64,000 nucleotides of DNA from Diplonema japonicum (lineage: Eukaryota; Protista; Euglenozoa: Diplonemea), in the NCBI GenBank assembly GCA_964019335.1, contig OZ025663.1, positions 496,001 through 560,000 of the forward strand, in the 5' to 3' direction. A model generated the notes under the pieces. The model made no database searches. It was given only the letters and a program-made list of their open reading frames with translations, and was not told the DNA's origin. This document shows positions 23,557 through 36,068 of the stretch, piece by piece (position 1 is the first letter of the stretch; every line of letters begins with the position of its first letter). Both the position numbers and the translations under genes were made by a program.

Positions 23557-25014
23557 ATGGCACTAGTCGGTAAGCTAAACCTAGAGGGGATCAAGAGAGA
23601 GCTGGAGGCGGTGAGGGCAATGGCACCGGACGATACCCTTCAACTGAGCCCGCCGTCGGACAAGGGTATGCTGCGCGCTTACTACACCAAACCCCCACCG
23701 GCCCCACCGTGCGACGAAGAATCGTCCCCCCAGAAGGGTACACACCTACACATCGACGACATAAAACAAGAGCTCCGCGAGATGCGGCTTAACGACACGA
23801 CCGCCTATACAATCCTCCTATCAGAGTGCAAAGAGAAGGTAGAGACGATCGACACAAGACGCAAAGCAATGGAGGACAAGGTACTAACAGCGTTGAAAGA
23901 GGAAGGAGAAAGGAGCGACGCGGCATACATATCGAACAAAATCGCAGAGCAAAACAAACAAGCAGAACAACGCCGTGTCGGCGGGATGCGCGCAGGCACC
24001 TACGACGCAGAAACCGTGTTTAAAAAGAGCAATGAACTAAACACAGATGTCTGCACGAAGCTTGAATCCATCGAATCCAGTCTACGGCACCTCAGGCAGG
24101 CCGTTCACAACACAAGAACTGAACTATCCAGCGTTCGTGATCGAACCAGGAAGATCGGAGAAAGCGTGTGCGATGGGAGAATGAAGAAAGACATCGTTAT
24201 AAGGGAGCTGAAGCGTCGCATTGATACCGCAGACGGGTCGATTCACATGCTTGAGTTAGAGCTTCCTAGCATGCAGTGCAAGGAAACAAATTTGGAAGAG
24301 GAGATGCACGAGCTGAAAAGCTTGATGTCGCGCCGTAAGGAAGCCGACGACGAGGCTAGAAGGGACCTGCAGATTATTCGATGCAAAAATTCCTCTTTGC
24401 GAACACAAGTTGCGAAGGAAAACATGGAGTCTGACAAGCGGGCGAAGGACCTCGTTATGTGTGTCGGGAACATCCCCGACTTAGAGAGAACAACCACTGC
24501 TGTGATCGACAGTGAAGAGAAAATGAACTCCAGTGCCGGGCTGTACATTGAGGAGTTGAAGAAAAAGCTATGTTTGGAAAGGGATAAATTGAGAATTCTC
24601 AAGACCACCCCCGTTTTGCCGAAGATAGGGAAAGCTACGCGAAATATGCCTTCTTTTCTGTCATGCGCGTTGCAAGGGCTTTCTTTAAGCCCCTCGGATC
24701 GAATCAGTGATGGTTTGTCTTTTGAAACCCTCGAGTCTGCTTTGCCCCCGTCCGCTCCGGTTCCTTTACGAAACGCCCTTAGAACGTATATTGAAAAAGT
24801 AACAAACCTCGTCTTGATGCAGGGGAAGCTGTGCTTGGTGAGGGAAAGGTCTGAGGAGGCTGAGAACGTCGTCGCAGCTTGCGATAAATCTCTTCTACAT
24901 CTTGAGGAGAGCATTGCTGAGAAGCGTGCCGTGAGGGAAGCATTAAAAACACTGTATAATGCAGAGATAGAGAGAGGGGTTGTTTTAGACAGAACTTTGA
25001 GAGCAGTTGAGTGA
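23557..25014 (+). CDS. Coiled-coil protein, unknown function
   Basis: 485-codon ORF with E/K/R/L-rich heptads. Confidence 0.7.
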   Translation: MALVGKLNLEGIKRELEAVRAMAPDDTLQLSPPSDKGMLRAYYTKPPPAPPCDEESSPQKGTHLHIDDIKQELREMRLNDTTAYTILLSECKEKVETIDTRRKAMEDKVLTALKEEGERSDAAYISNKIAEQNKQAEQRRVGGMRAGTYDAETVFKKSNELNTDVCTKLESIESSLRHLRQAVHNTRTELSSVRDRTRKIGESVCDGRMKKDIVIRELKRRIDTADGSIHMLELELPSMQCKETNLEEEMHELKSLMSRRKEADDEARRDLQIIRCKNSSLRTQVAKENMESDKRAKDLVMCVGNIPDLERTTTAVIDSEEKMNSSAGLYIEELKKKLCLERDKLRILKTTPVLPKIGKATRNMPSFLSCALQGLSLSPSDRISDGLSFETLESALPPSAPVPLRNALRTYIEKVTNLVLMQGKLCLVRERSEEAENVVAACDKSLLHLEESIAEKRAVREALKTLYNAEIERGVVLDRTLRAVE

Positions 25015-25683
25015 ATTTACATTCATTTTTTTTTTTTTTTTTTTTTTTTTTGTAAAAATTGCAAAAAAAAAAAAAAAAAAAAAAAAAAATACCACGCATC
25101 AACAGGAGGGCCCCCCCACCCCCCCCTTTACCCAACCCACACTAGTCCACACCCCCTCCACCCTTTTTTTTTTTTCTTTTTTCTTTTTTTTTTTGTCTTC
25201 TCTAACCCCATCTTCCACACAATCCTTATCCCCCTTTGACTTCGCTACAACGTCGTGCATTTGTTAAGTCCTGTCTGTCATTTGGTTTTTCTATTTTCTC
25301 TTCTAATACACAGTTCTTCTATTCTTTTATTTTATTTTATTTTTGCTTCTCTTCCACTACTCTTCTTCTTCTTTTTTTTTTCCCCCTCACCTTAGTTTCC
25401 CCCCTCTTCCTCTTCTCCTCCTTTCCCGTTCCTGCTTCAGGTTTACCCTACGAGAAGCCTTCAAATAAAACAAAAAACCTAAGCAAACCGAAAACAAAAG
25501 CAAAAACAAAAAAAAGAAAAGGGGGGAAAGCGAAAGGGGATTTAAGAAAGAGGGGAAGGCGAGAAAACAAAAAAAAAAAAGAAGAAAAAAAGACCGTTTT
25601 TTTTTTTTTTTTTTTCCCTTTTTTTATTTCTTTCTTCAGCATATGAGCTTTGTAGGGAAGTACACTTTGTCGTGAGTGTTATA

Positions 25684-25720
<37 letters not shown>

Positions 25721-25736
25721 GCTTTCCCCCCTGTCT

Positions 25737-27056
25737 ATGTCAGTAGAGCTTTCTGAGCCAATGGCATCACCTATTCTGTCGGTTAGAGGCTGCGCTTCTT
25801 TCTTTGCAAGCAGCAGATGGCTGACTGTAGTGCAAGGGCAAGAAGGTCAAGAGATTGAACGGCCGATGCTTGGCTCACTACCGACGTCTGAGGACCTAGA
25901 CGACTTGCTGATGTGCGATGGGAATAGCTCTTCAGTTGGGCGAAGTCCACTGCAGTCCTCAAGCACATGCTACCTATCGCCAAGCAAAGGGTTGCTGAGA
26001 GGGAGCCGCGCATCCTTTGGAGACCTGCTTCCCGACGTGGCAAGCGTCTGCTTATCGAAATCGAAAAGCCTTGAAAACATCCTTGAAATGCTAGACAAAG
26101 CTGAACTCGCTGTATGCAATGACATCCTCCCAGAACTGTCGGTCGAAGGCACCGGCGGGACGTATTTTGTAAACGCAGACTTCAACACACGCATCGGGGT
26201 GTTCAAACCTTCTGATGAAGAAGTATCTCAAGAAGGCAATCCTCGTGGAAACCTTGACATCATGAAATCGTGCATTCCTGTCGGGCAAAGTTGGAAACGA
26301 GAGATCGCTGCGTACCGTCTTGACCACGGACATTTCGCCGGTGTACCCGAGACTATTCAGATTAAAATGCCGAAACAATATTTCCACTCGAAGATCGACA
26401 AAATCGGGAGCTTTCAGAGGTTTGTCCCGTCCGACGCAGAGTCTTGGGATGTCATGCCAGCAGTGCTTCCAACGGAATCGATCCATAGAATTGCAATTTT
26501 AGATATTAGGTTTAACAACTCGGATCGGCATGGAGGGAATGTTCTGGTGTGCAGGGGCGATGGTGTGGCAGTGTCGCATCTAGTTCCCATTGATCATGGC
26601 TGTTGCTTTCCTACAGATTTAACTGAACTTGAATTTGAATGGCTATTGTGGCAGCAGTCGAAGAAACCATTTGGGATGGCTTCTAGGCAGTATATTGCGT
26701 CTCTTAATGGGGAGGAAGATGCTCGAATTTTAGACACGGAACTTGGGATCGATTCCACTGCGGCGAGTTTGGTCCACGCGTCGACATTGTTCCTTCAAAC
26801 AGCGGTCCTTACGTACCAGTTAACGGCTTATGATATCGGGTCTGCAATGCGCAGGCCGAGCATTGGGGAGCCTTCTGCGTTGGAGAGTATTCTTGCAGAC
26901 TCGCGTGTTTCTCTCGACCAGGGGGGCGACATCGATTTTTCCGTGTTGGCCGCGGAGCTCCGTGATTTGTGTTGCAAGATTTCCCGTGAGAAGAACAATG
27001 TTGCCCCGGAGAACAGCTGCTATGTTGGGTGCAATGAAAATAATAGGGGGTTTTAA
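25737..27056 (+). CDS. Type II phosphatidylinositol 4-kinase (PI4K gamma-like)
   Basis: EGTGGTYF, VFKPSDEE, REIAAYRLD, KIGSFQRFV, DIRFNNSDRHGGN, PIDHG. Confidence 0.93.
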   Translation: MSVELSEPMASPILSVRGCASFFASSRWLTVVQGQEGQEIERPMLGSLPTSEDLDDLLMCDGNSSSVGRSPLQSSSTCYLSPSKGLLRGSRASFGDLLPDVASVCLSKSKSLENILEMLDKAELAVCNDILPELSVEGTGGTYFVNADFNTRIGVFKPSDEEVSQEGNPRGNLDIMKSCIPVGQSWKREIAAYRLDHGHFAGVPETIQIKMPKQYFHSKIDKIGSFQRFVPSDAESWDVMPAVLPTESIHRIAILDIRFNNSDRHGGNVLVCRGDGVAVSHLVPIDHGCCFPTDLTELEFEWLLWQQSKKPFGMASRQYIASLNGEEDARILDTELGIDSTAASLVHASTLFLQTAVLTYQLTAYDIGSAMRRPSIGEPSALESILADSRVSLDQGGDIDFSVLAAELRDLCCKISREKNNVAPENSCYVGCNENNRGF

Positions 27057-27075
27057 CAATGATTCTTTTTTTTTT

Positions 27076-27759
27076 TTTTATTTCACTCTTCAGAAATTAC
27101 TTCACGCACTGGGGGGCCCATTACTTCACGATAAATCTCATTACTTCACGGTGAAATAATGGCCTGTTTTCCGTGAAGTAATAGGGGGTTTGCGGTAAAT
27201 AATATGCCTCTGTAGGCCAATTTTTGCCTCGGTTCGGTTCCCAGTGGGGCTACTTCTTCCTCTCAGTTTGCTATTTCCCCCCAGGTTCAGCTCAATTGGC
27301 CAACTTTTGCCTCGGCTCAGTTCCAAGTTGGACTACTTTTTCCTCCCAATTTGCCCACTTTTGGCTAGGCCTTGTTCCCAGTTTCTGGGGGTAACTCTTC
27401 TGTGGGTAAGGGTAACTTAGTCAGCTTACCCAAGCTCCCCAAAAGACTTCAAAATACCTAAGCAGCAGAAAAAAAGGAGCCAGCGGCCGCGCCAGGTATG
27501 GGAAGGCCTGATTAGAGATGGTGACAGTGGCAATGCCAGCGACAGCGGCAGCTCTTAGTCAACAAAAGGAGGGAAAACAACTTGTATTGTAACCTTTGTA
27601 ACCCCTCTCTTGTTGTACCCCTTGTCACCCTGTTGTGCCCCTCGTGGTGAAGTAATTTCTGAGTGTCGTGAAATAAAACCACTTACCTACCGCCAAGTAA
27701 TGCTTTACCGACCTCGAGGTAACGGTAAAGTCATTACTTGTTGGCAGTAAATAGCTATT
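27076..27759 (-). mobile_element. Hairpin-ended DNA element, copy C (different subfamily, inverted)
   Basis: Reverse complement begins AATAGCTATTTACTGCCAACAAGTAATGA. Shortened hairpin at 27679-27759. Inverted repeats at 27076-27109 and 27644-27678. Repeated CATTACTTCACG motif. Confidence 0.75.
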
Positions 27760-28160
27760 TTTTTTTTCTTCTTTTTCGTTTACACACGTTTTTTTTTTCT
27801 TTTTTTTTTTTTTTTCTTTTCTTTTTTTTAAAGTCTTTAAAAAAAAAAAAAAACAAAAAAAGAAAAAAAAAAAAAAAAAGAAATTAATTTCATAGATCAA
27901 AAAGTGTCTGGAGTTGTCCACAGGAGGTTTCATTTTTTTTTTTGTCTGGAAAAAAAAAAGATGAGACTTTTGTGTCAAGGTGTAGTTTTCGACAGAACAG
28001 GGCAAAAAAAAAAAAAAAAAAAAAAAGCGGGGGAAAAAAACAAAAACAGGAAGAGAAGCCATCCCTCTGTCAAAAAATGTGCACCAAACTATCTGAATCA
28101 GCAAATTGAGACACTTTTAGACATTTCGTGTGGTATACTCCAGATTACTTTAGAAATATG

Positions 28161-28203
<43 letters not shown>

Positions 28204-28637
28204 AAAAAAGTTTTCTTTCTTTTTTTTTTTTTTTTTTTTTTCAAACGTTATTTTTTTTTTCTTTCTTTCTCCTTCCCCCCTTCTTTTTTTTTTTTTTTTT
28301 TTTTAAATATTCCACCGTGTTTTTTTTTTTCTTTTAAATTATTAGAAGGTCTTAGTTAAGTATGGGGAAAAGAAAAAAAAAAAAAAAAAAGGAAAACAAA
28401 AAAGGGTTTTGCGAAGGTTTATTTCCCTCTTTCACCTGACGCCTGAAACTGCCATGCGGAAGATAATTTTCACTTCTACGGGACCACGCCGGCTACCACT
28501 TTGGCTGCAAGGTCAAAGCATAAAGCATCACGAGAGTGTTTGTCACATGCTGCGTGTATCTACTGAAATCAAGTTTCGTTTTTTCGGTGCTCCCTCTGCA
28601 GATGTATTTTATGGACTTAGTTTTCAACTCGGGTAAA

Positions 28638-28685
<48 letters not shown>

Positions 28686-29570
28686 AATTCTGTTAGGGTT
28701 TTTATTAACTAAGAACATTTTAGTTTAAAATGCGGTTTTTTTTTGTTTTTTTTTTTTGTTTTTTTTTTTTTTACCAATTGAATAAAGGGGGTTTGAAAAA
28801 AGGGAAAAAGAAAGAAAATAAAAGAAAGAAAAATATTTAAAAAAAAAAAGAAAAGAAAAAAAAAAGAAAAAAAGAAATCTCTATTACTGTAAATCGAAAG
28901 ATTTTCGTCAAGAAGAAGTGCCGAGGAGAAAAAAAAGAAAGAAAAAAAAAAAGAAAAAAGGAAAAAGACGAAAACTATATTGGGGTTCGTTTTACGTCAA
29001 GGAAAAGGCAGATTGCAAAAAAAAGAAAAGAGAAAAAAAAAACTTTTTTGAATGCTGTCGTTCTTTTCCCTTTTTTTTCTTTCTTTTTTCTTTTTTCTTT
29101 TTTTTTTTTTTTTTCTTTGCTGCTGTTGTCCAGTGTTTTTGTTTCAGAAATTTCCTGTTGATGCAAGACGCACGTACGTGCTGCGGCCGTGAAAATCGTG
29201 CGAACGAAAGAAAATAAGAAAGAAAAAGAAAAAAGAAAAACAAAAAAAAAAGAAACAAGTGTTCCAAGCTTCTGGCTTTCCTTGAGAATCAGAATACTGG
29301 TTTAGGGAGGGCAATATGCCCCCCTCTCCTACACACTCTCTTCCCCCTTGTGGCTTCAAAAAAAAAAAAAAACCCTCTTCCAAGATCTTAAATGGCTACC
29401 ACCAATAGGCACCCATTCCGTTCTTAAGGGTAAAGATTTTTTAAAATCTCACTTTTCTTTTTGGTTTGCATTTTTCCTTTTTTTTTTTTTTTTTTTTTTT
29501 GATAGTGTTCACGGCACTCACCAGTTTAAGTCCTTTCGGGTGTGAAGGTTTCTTTTTTTTTTTTTCTTTT

Positions 29571-29681
29571 GTTTTAACAATATTATTGTCGAGACTAAAA
29601 ACTAGTTGATGGCAGCGTAATGAGCTATTTTATTAGGTAGGATTCCGTTCGTGCGCACAAACAAGTGGAGCGCCAAACTAG
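29571..29681 (+). repeat. ~100-bp dispersed repeat, copy 1 (possible Helitron-like 3' end)
   Basis: Closely similar to 30106-30200; ends ...GTGCGCAC...AAACTAG|T in T-rich flanks. Confidence 0.6.
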
Positions 29682-30105
29682 TTTTTTCTTCTTGGAAGGG
29701 TGAATGGCCGGTGTGAACATTTGGCTTTAAAATACTTTTTTTTTTCTCTTTTGATTCTTGTTCTATATCCCATCCCCTTCCCCCCCCACATCTGTACTTT
29801 TTACTCTACACTTGAGTTTTCTTCCCCACCAGCCTTCCCCCCCCCATTTTTCCGTAAGGACAACAAGCCCTTTTGGACTGTAAAAATTAAAAAAAAAAAA
29901 AAAAAAAAAAGATACATTCTCTGACCAACCCGCAAGGTACCCGAATGCCAGAGATTGGATTCGACGACGCCCCCTTCCCCCCCCCCCCCCCCCCCCTCCT
30001 TCTTTCTTTCTTATTTTCCAGGCATAACCCAAGACCTACTCTCCCTTTTCTTCTTTCACTTGGGACCTAAGTACGAGGAAAAGAGTGTCCCCCCCCCACT
30101 TTTTT

Positions 30106-30200
30106 GTTTTAACAATATTATTGTTGAGACTAAAAACTGGTAGATGGCAGTGTGATGAGCTATTTTATTAGGTAGAATACCGCTTGTGCGCACAAACTAG
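30106..30200 (+). repeat. ~100-bp dispersed repeat, copy 2
   Basis: GTTTTAACAATATTATTG...TTGTGCGCACAA-ACTAG|T, matching 29571-29681. Confidence 0.6.
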
Positions 30201-30943
30201 TTTTTTTTTTTTTTTTTTTTTTCACAAATGACCTTTTTCTTATTATTCTTCAAGTAGGGACGTGTTTGCAGGGGAGGGGGGGGTGGGGGAGAGAAAAACT
30301 GAACCATAAGGAGATACACTACTAAGCAAATAAAAAGGGGGGGTTTTTTTTTTCTCACAGTGCTTAACGCAGCTTCAAAAAGCTGGGTTGGACCAAGACT
30401 CGCTGATGCTGGGAGGCCAGCCTACCAGCAACACGGTGTAAGAGATTTTTTCTTTTTTTTTTTCTTTTTTTTTTTTTTGCTGCGCACAGGAAAGGGAAGG
30501 GGAAGGGGGAAATTTTTTTTTTTTATGAGGTTTTTAACGGGAAACGAGGAAAATTGCTGTTCTCTCTCTTTCTTTTTTTTTTTTTTTTTTTTTTCCTTCT
30601 CTCCCCCTCCCCACTACACTTCACCATTTTTCTGTCCACATCTACAAGGGAGGGGAGGGGGAAGGAGGCGGGTTGCTGTCGAATTCCTTCAATTTTTTGG
30701 AGTTAAAAAGTACCCCAGTGAGATTTCCCTCCCTCACTCCCACCGTACTTGCTTTGGGTAGTTTGAGAGCCCCCCCCCCCCCCCCCCCCCCTCCTCCTCT
30801 TCCGCCTCTATTTGCATTTTTTTTTTGATTTCGATTTTTTTTGTTGTTGTCATGGGATTGAAAAGAAATATTTAAAAAAGAATATAAAAACAAAAAGAAG
30901 GAAAAAAAAAGGGGGGAGGGGGAAACATTAAAAAAAAAAAAGA

Positions 30944-31022
30944 AATAGCTATTTATTGCCAACAAATAATGAGTCATTATTTAAACCGAGTTCCCGAAAT
31001 CTTTTGCACGAGGGCCCGCCGG

Positions 31023-31059
<37 letters not shown>

Positions 31060-31323
31060 GGTAGCAAGTGTTAAATAATGGCTCATTTGGCGGCAAGTAA
31101 GTCGTTTTATTTCACCCTTAGTCATTTGTCACTCACTCTTCACTGCTGTTTTCCTCACAGGGACAGCTTTTTTGGGGGCTTCCCCTAAGGCAATAAAGGG
31201 TAGCTATTTCGCTGTGAAGTTTTAAAGGGAAGTAAAGCACGTATTCCCACTTTTAAGGACTGGAATGGACTCAGATGGCTAAAAATGGCCAAAAAATATC
31301 CCTCACCCCAAAGAAGTTTTCAA

Positions 31324-31358
<35 letters not shown>

Positions 31359-31502
31359 ATTCTTTTCACAATGAGACCTATTTTCTTTTCACTCCAAAAT
31401 CTCATTATTTAACCAGATAAATTATGGGCAAACAGCGTTAAAATAATGAGCCCCCCCCCCCCCCCCCAGTGAGTGAAGAAAATGACGAAGGGTGAAATAA
31501 AA
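30944..31502 (+). mobile_element. Hairpin-ended DNA element, copy B (same subfamily as A)
   Basis: Colinear with 12053-12627 throughout, with expanded A, G and C runs. Confidence 0.8.
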
Positions 31503-32847
31503 GAAATGAAATTTCAACGTTTCTCTGTTTTCTCTTTTTTTTATTATTTTTTTATTCTACTGGTATAGAAAAAAATGGGGGGGGGACAAGCGGGAAGGTT
31601 GCATAGCGCGATCTGCGTGTGTGCCGAAATTTTTTTCCTTCTTTTTTTTTTCCCCTTCTACAAAAAGAGAAAAAAAAAAAGAAAAATGGGGCGTAAAAAG
31701 AAAAGAATGGGAGAGGGTAAGAAAAAAAAAAAAAAAAAAAAAGAAACGAATGGAATGGAATAAACAAAAGAGAAAAAGAACACACAGACACAAGACTTTG
31801 TGTTCTTATTTTTTTTTATTGTATTCCACCCCCCTTCCCCCCCTCCCTGCTTTATTTTTTTTTTATTCTCTTAGAAACTGGTATCTTCTTTTTTTTTCCT
31901 CTTTTTTTTTCCTCAGTTTGCGGCGTACATGGAAAAAAAGGAAGAGGGGGGACACAGCAGTAAATAGAAAAAGAAAAAAAGGGAAAAAAAAACCAGGGGG
32001 ACCAATTGTTTGGTTTTTTTTTATTATTATGCATAAGGGGAAGAAAAAGACAGGGAAAAACATAAATTAAAAAAAAGACAGTAAAAAAAAAGTGCAACAA
32101 TTGACAGTCTTCTGTTTTTCTTTCCCCCCCTTTTTTTTTCTTTTCTACTCTGCATAAGGTAAAGGCGTATGCCTGGGTGTTTAAGAAGACTTGAGATTTA
32201 CATAACATACAACGCAGAAAAACAAAAAAAAAAAAAAAAAAAGAAATTCTCTTCCTCTTCTCCCTTTTCCCCTTTTTCCTCTTCGGTAGGTTGTTGATTC
32301 TCACGTATCCTCCCCTGAGTGAGTCCAATTTATAGCAGCATAGTGGATAACAGAGGAAGGCAAAGGGGGGTGGACCAAGTGATGGGTCTAACCGTACCTA
32401 CCTAACCTCACAGTTTTAACCTTTTTTTTTTCTTTCTCTTTTGTGTCTTGAAGTTTAAAAGATAGATGGGGGGAAAAAAAAAGTTTTTCTTCTTATTATT
32501 AACCCCTCCCCCCGGACCAGACCAGACACCACCCGTGAGGAGAGGTACCAAATGCTGTTACACAAGCTCTTCTTTTAAAAATAATCACCCCCCCCCCCCC
32601 CCCCCTCCCCCTTGTTTTCTTTTTCTTTTTTTTTTCAAAGTGGGATTTATCTTTTACTGTGATTTTTTTTTTATTTTAAACAAAAGAATCCCCCCCCAAA
32701 AAAAAGATGCCCTAGGGCAAAAAGAAAAAGGGGGAGAAAAACAAATTCAAAATTGCAATGATACCTGTGCGCAAATAGGGTAAAGAAAAAGGGGGGTAAA
32801 AAAAGAAAAAAAGTTTCCAGAGGCTTGGGACTTCTTTTTTTTTTTAA

Positions 32848-34630
32848 CCCATAACACTCCGGGGCCTATCTACATAGGGGTCCCTTTTTTGCTCCTTTTC
32901 ATAATTTGAGGGGGGAAATGGCAGCATTTAACCCCCGTTTGCAGGTAAAACGGGTTTGGACCAGGAAAATTAAAAAAAAGTTCAAAAATTAATAAAAATA
33001 CAAAGGGGGTGAAGAGTTGAATGGCCGTAGGGTGCTCAAAAACGACCATGTCAAAATGGGTTGCGCACGGGGGGGGTGTAAATTGAGCATCCTGGGACAA
33101 AAAAGGCAGCATCAGGACCCCTCAGATGTCTCAGACCGAGAGAAGTGCCTATTTGCGGGTGGAATATCGGCCTCGAAATCGTCAAGAGGCCTTTTTGGGG
33201 TGATGGAAGAGTGGTACGAAAAAAGCACTTATTTGGACTGAGGTGTTGGTTTCAGGTGCAGCATTTGTAGATTGTGCGTTTTGTGCATTCTTTCAACCTG
33301 CAGACCCTGGAGGTGCCCCCTTTGAGTGGCTAAGGGTCACGTTTGGTGTTATCTGGGGTATAGGGGGTGTGTGCACCACTAGTTGGATGCCGGGAGTGGT
33401 GTTTTTGCAACGCTGGACCCATCAATTAGGCTCTCTCGAAAGCGCTCTTTAAAAGCAGCCAGGGTTGTGTATCTCTTTGGCATCCCTGAACCATATTTTA
33501 TTTGAAGTGCATGGCAGTTAACTATTGTCTTCTAGGGTCCACCAGAAGAGTCCGCAACACCCAACGAAATGCAAGCCCCTCACAGTTCTTTCACAGGGCT
33601 TCGGCCAGACCCACAGTCAAAAAGTAGCTATCGCAAACTACCGTGTTGTCATTTCCCCGGAAAGGCTCTGTTAACCCCAGCCCCGCTTTTTCCACAACAC
33701 TGAAATCTTCAAGTGCGTGCCCCTCGATTTTGGTGGCGTGGATGTGAAAACGCAAAAGATAACCCGTGCTCGCGCAGTTTAGGCAGTAGATTTTTATGCC
33801 ATATCTTTTACGCTTGAGAGGACAGTAGACCCGCAGCCCCCAATTGCCCCGTGAAGGTACGAGTGTCTCGTCAATGCTTAATTATTTTCCTGGCACTGCT
33901 GCTTTTGCCCACTTGTCACCAATTCTGTCCAGAAACCCTCGTATCTTCACAACACATCACCGTTTGACTCTTCTGTGTGAGTGAAGTGGAGGCTACTTTT
34001 GATTTCCCAGTAGCGTCTCCTGGGCATCGTGTTACTGAAAAGGGGGATTTTCATGGGTCCTATGGACCAATACGACTGCTGATTCTGGGCACGCCGTAAA
34101 CCCATCGCAATGCTCAATCCGAGTAAGCGGTGGAGTCCTGGGTCGAAATTTTATCAATCTCAGCGTCCTTTTGCTTGTTTGTCTCTTCTTGGATGACGTC
34201 TGTGAGCTTCTTATAAAAAAACCGAAAGGAATAACCATTTTGCGTCGTCAGGTTTCTGCGTACCACGGGACAGCTTTTTTTTCTCCCCACTGGCCTATTG
34301 TATGGTCTCTATGGGTACCAACTCCCTTACCCATGAAGGTTAGACCTCGTCCGTAGCTGTTTTGACTTTACCTTTGCGTTTTTTGGGAACAATTTGGGCA
34401 CAGTATGCACACCCGTTATTTTGCGTTTTTAGCCTATCTACTCGGATTTGGGACCCACTTGGTGGGTGGATAACAAGGTAAAGTGACGCAGCGCAGCATT
34501 AATTGCAGTTGAAAATAACTCCTCACTATAGTCGTTCTTGGAGATCCAGGGGTCGTGGGGACGAAAAAGTACTTAGAGAAAAAAACGATTTTTCAAAAAG
34601 ACAAATATTTGCGCCTTGGAGTGTTATGGG
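32848..34630 (-). mobile_element. Decayed piggyBac transposon
   Basis: TTAA TSDs at 32844-32847 and 34631-34634; 13-bp TIR CCCATAACACTCC. Minus-strand transposase remnants MPRRRYWEIKSSLHF, LSIDETLVP, YCPLKRKRYGIKIYCL and VVCDSYFLTVGLAEAL, with stops and frameshifts. Confidence 0.92.
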
Positions 34631-35169
34631 TTAAAAAAAAAAAAACCAGGAAATTCTTCTTCGCACATAAGGTGGGAGTCGATCCCTTTTGTTTTCCCCC
34701 TTCTTTCTTTCCGCTCCCCCCCCCCCCTTTTTTTCCCTTCTTAATTTACCCCTTTTGTGGCATTGTTTTAAAAAAAGAAGAACACGAAATAACTTATTTT
34801 ATTCACTAACAAGCTGCTTTCGAATCAAGCTGATGCCCAAGTCAATCTTGAACCTGAGGCCAACTTTGGAGGGTGACCCCATTCGAAACCCTCTTCCCAT
34901 GTGGTGGGTGTGCTTGAGAGCAGCATGGAAGTAAATAAAAGAAAAACAAAAAAAAGCTTCGCTGGGAACCGTGTACTTTTTTTTTCCCCCTCCTCTTTTC
35001 TCTTCTTCTTTCAACTCCCACTCCCTGGGGGTTTCCACTTCCCACTCGTGAAAGTCGGGTGTTCCTCCTCCCCCCCATTTTTTTTTTTTTATTTAGATGA
35101 GTCACCAAGGTTAAGACAAGCACAAAAGGGCGGGGTCCACTTCATGAAGCTGGTGCCTGGCATTCTTTC

Positions 35170-35216
<47 letters not shown>

Positions 35217-36068
35217 AGAATGGACAACAGGGAGGGGGGGTGTACTAGTATAGGACTCCTTACGTATCAATATCCACATGTGAAGTGCAACGAGATTACC
35301 CCCCCGTAGATATTGCTATTTTCTGGTGGTCTTTTTCCTCCCCCTGATTGCAGCCGCCAACCTGTCTGGAGGTACGCTGCAATTTTCCCAAGATTGCCAG
35401 CTTCCCCCCCTTTTTTTTACACCAGGTGATTTAATTTCTTGTTCCAAAAGTAATAATAAAAAAAAAGAGAGAGAGAAACAAAAAAAAATGAAGGGGGAGA
35501 AAAAAAAAAGATGGAGAAAACAATTAAAAAAAAAAAGAGGGGGGAAAAAAAAGAGAGAGAATAACATTCCTGGTTACCAAAAAAAAAAAAAAAAAAAAGA
35601 AGAGACCCCCCCCTCCCCTCGTCAAGAAATACCTGAAGCTGAAAAAACTCGGACATTTTTTTGCCAACCCGACACTTTTTTCATTTCACGGTATTTAAAA
35701 CTTGAACTCTCAGGCCAAGCTGGGCTCCGAGCGGTCCACAGCCTATATAACTTGATCTCGGGGGGGGGGGGAGAGAAGAGAAACGCGATTGAAGGGCGAG
35801 CCCCCTCCACCCCCGTCTCCTCCCTTACTCTCCCTCTTCCTCCTTGTTATTATTATCCCTTTTTTTTCTTCTTCTTTACTTCTCTCTCTTCCTCTCTCCT
35901 TTCTCCTCTCTCTCTCTTTTGCTTGTTCCATTTTTTTTTCTCTTTTTTTTTTTTTCGAAAGAAAATCAAAAACACACAGGTGCCCCCACACCAGCCCCCC
36001 CCCCCCCCCCCCCCCCCATCCTCCTCGCTCCACGTCTTACTCTCTAACCCCTTAAGAAGTAAGTCAAC

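Noticed and set aside
33725-33760. Plus-strand FGGVDV resembling the third piggyBac catalytic motif
   Set aside because: Opposite strand to all other transposase motifs; probably coincidental.
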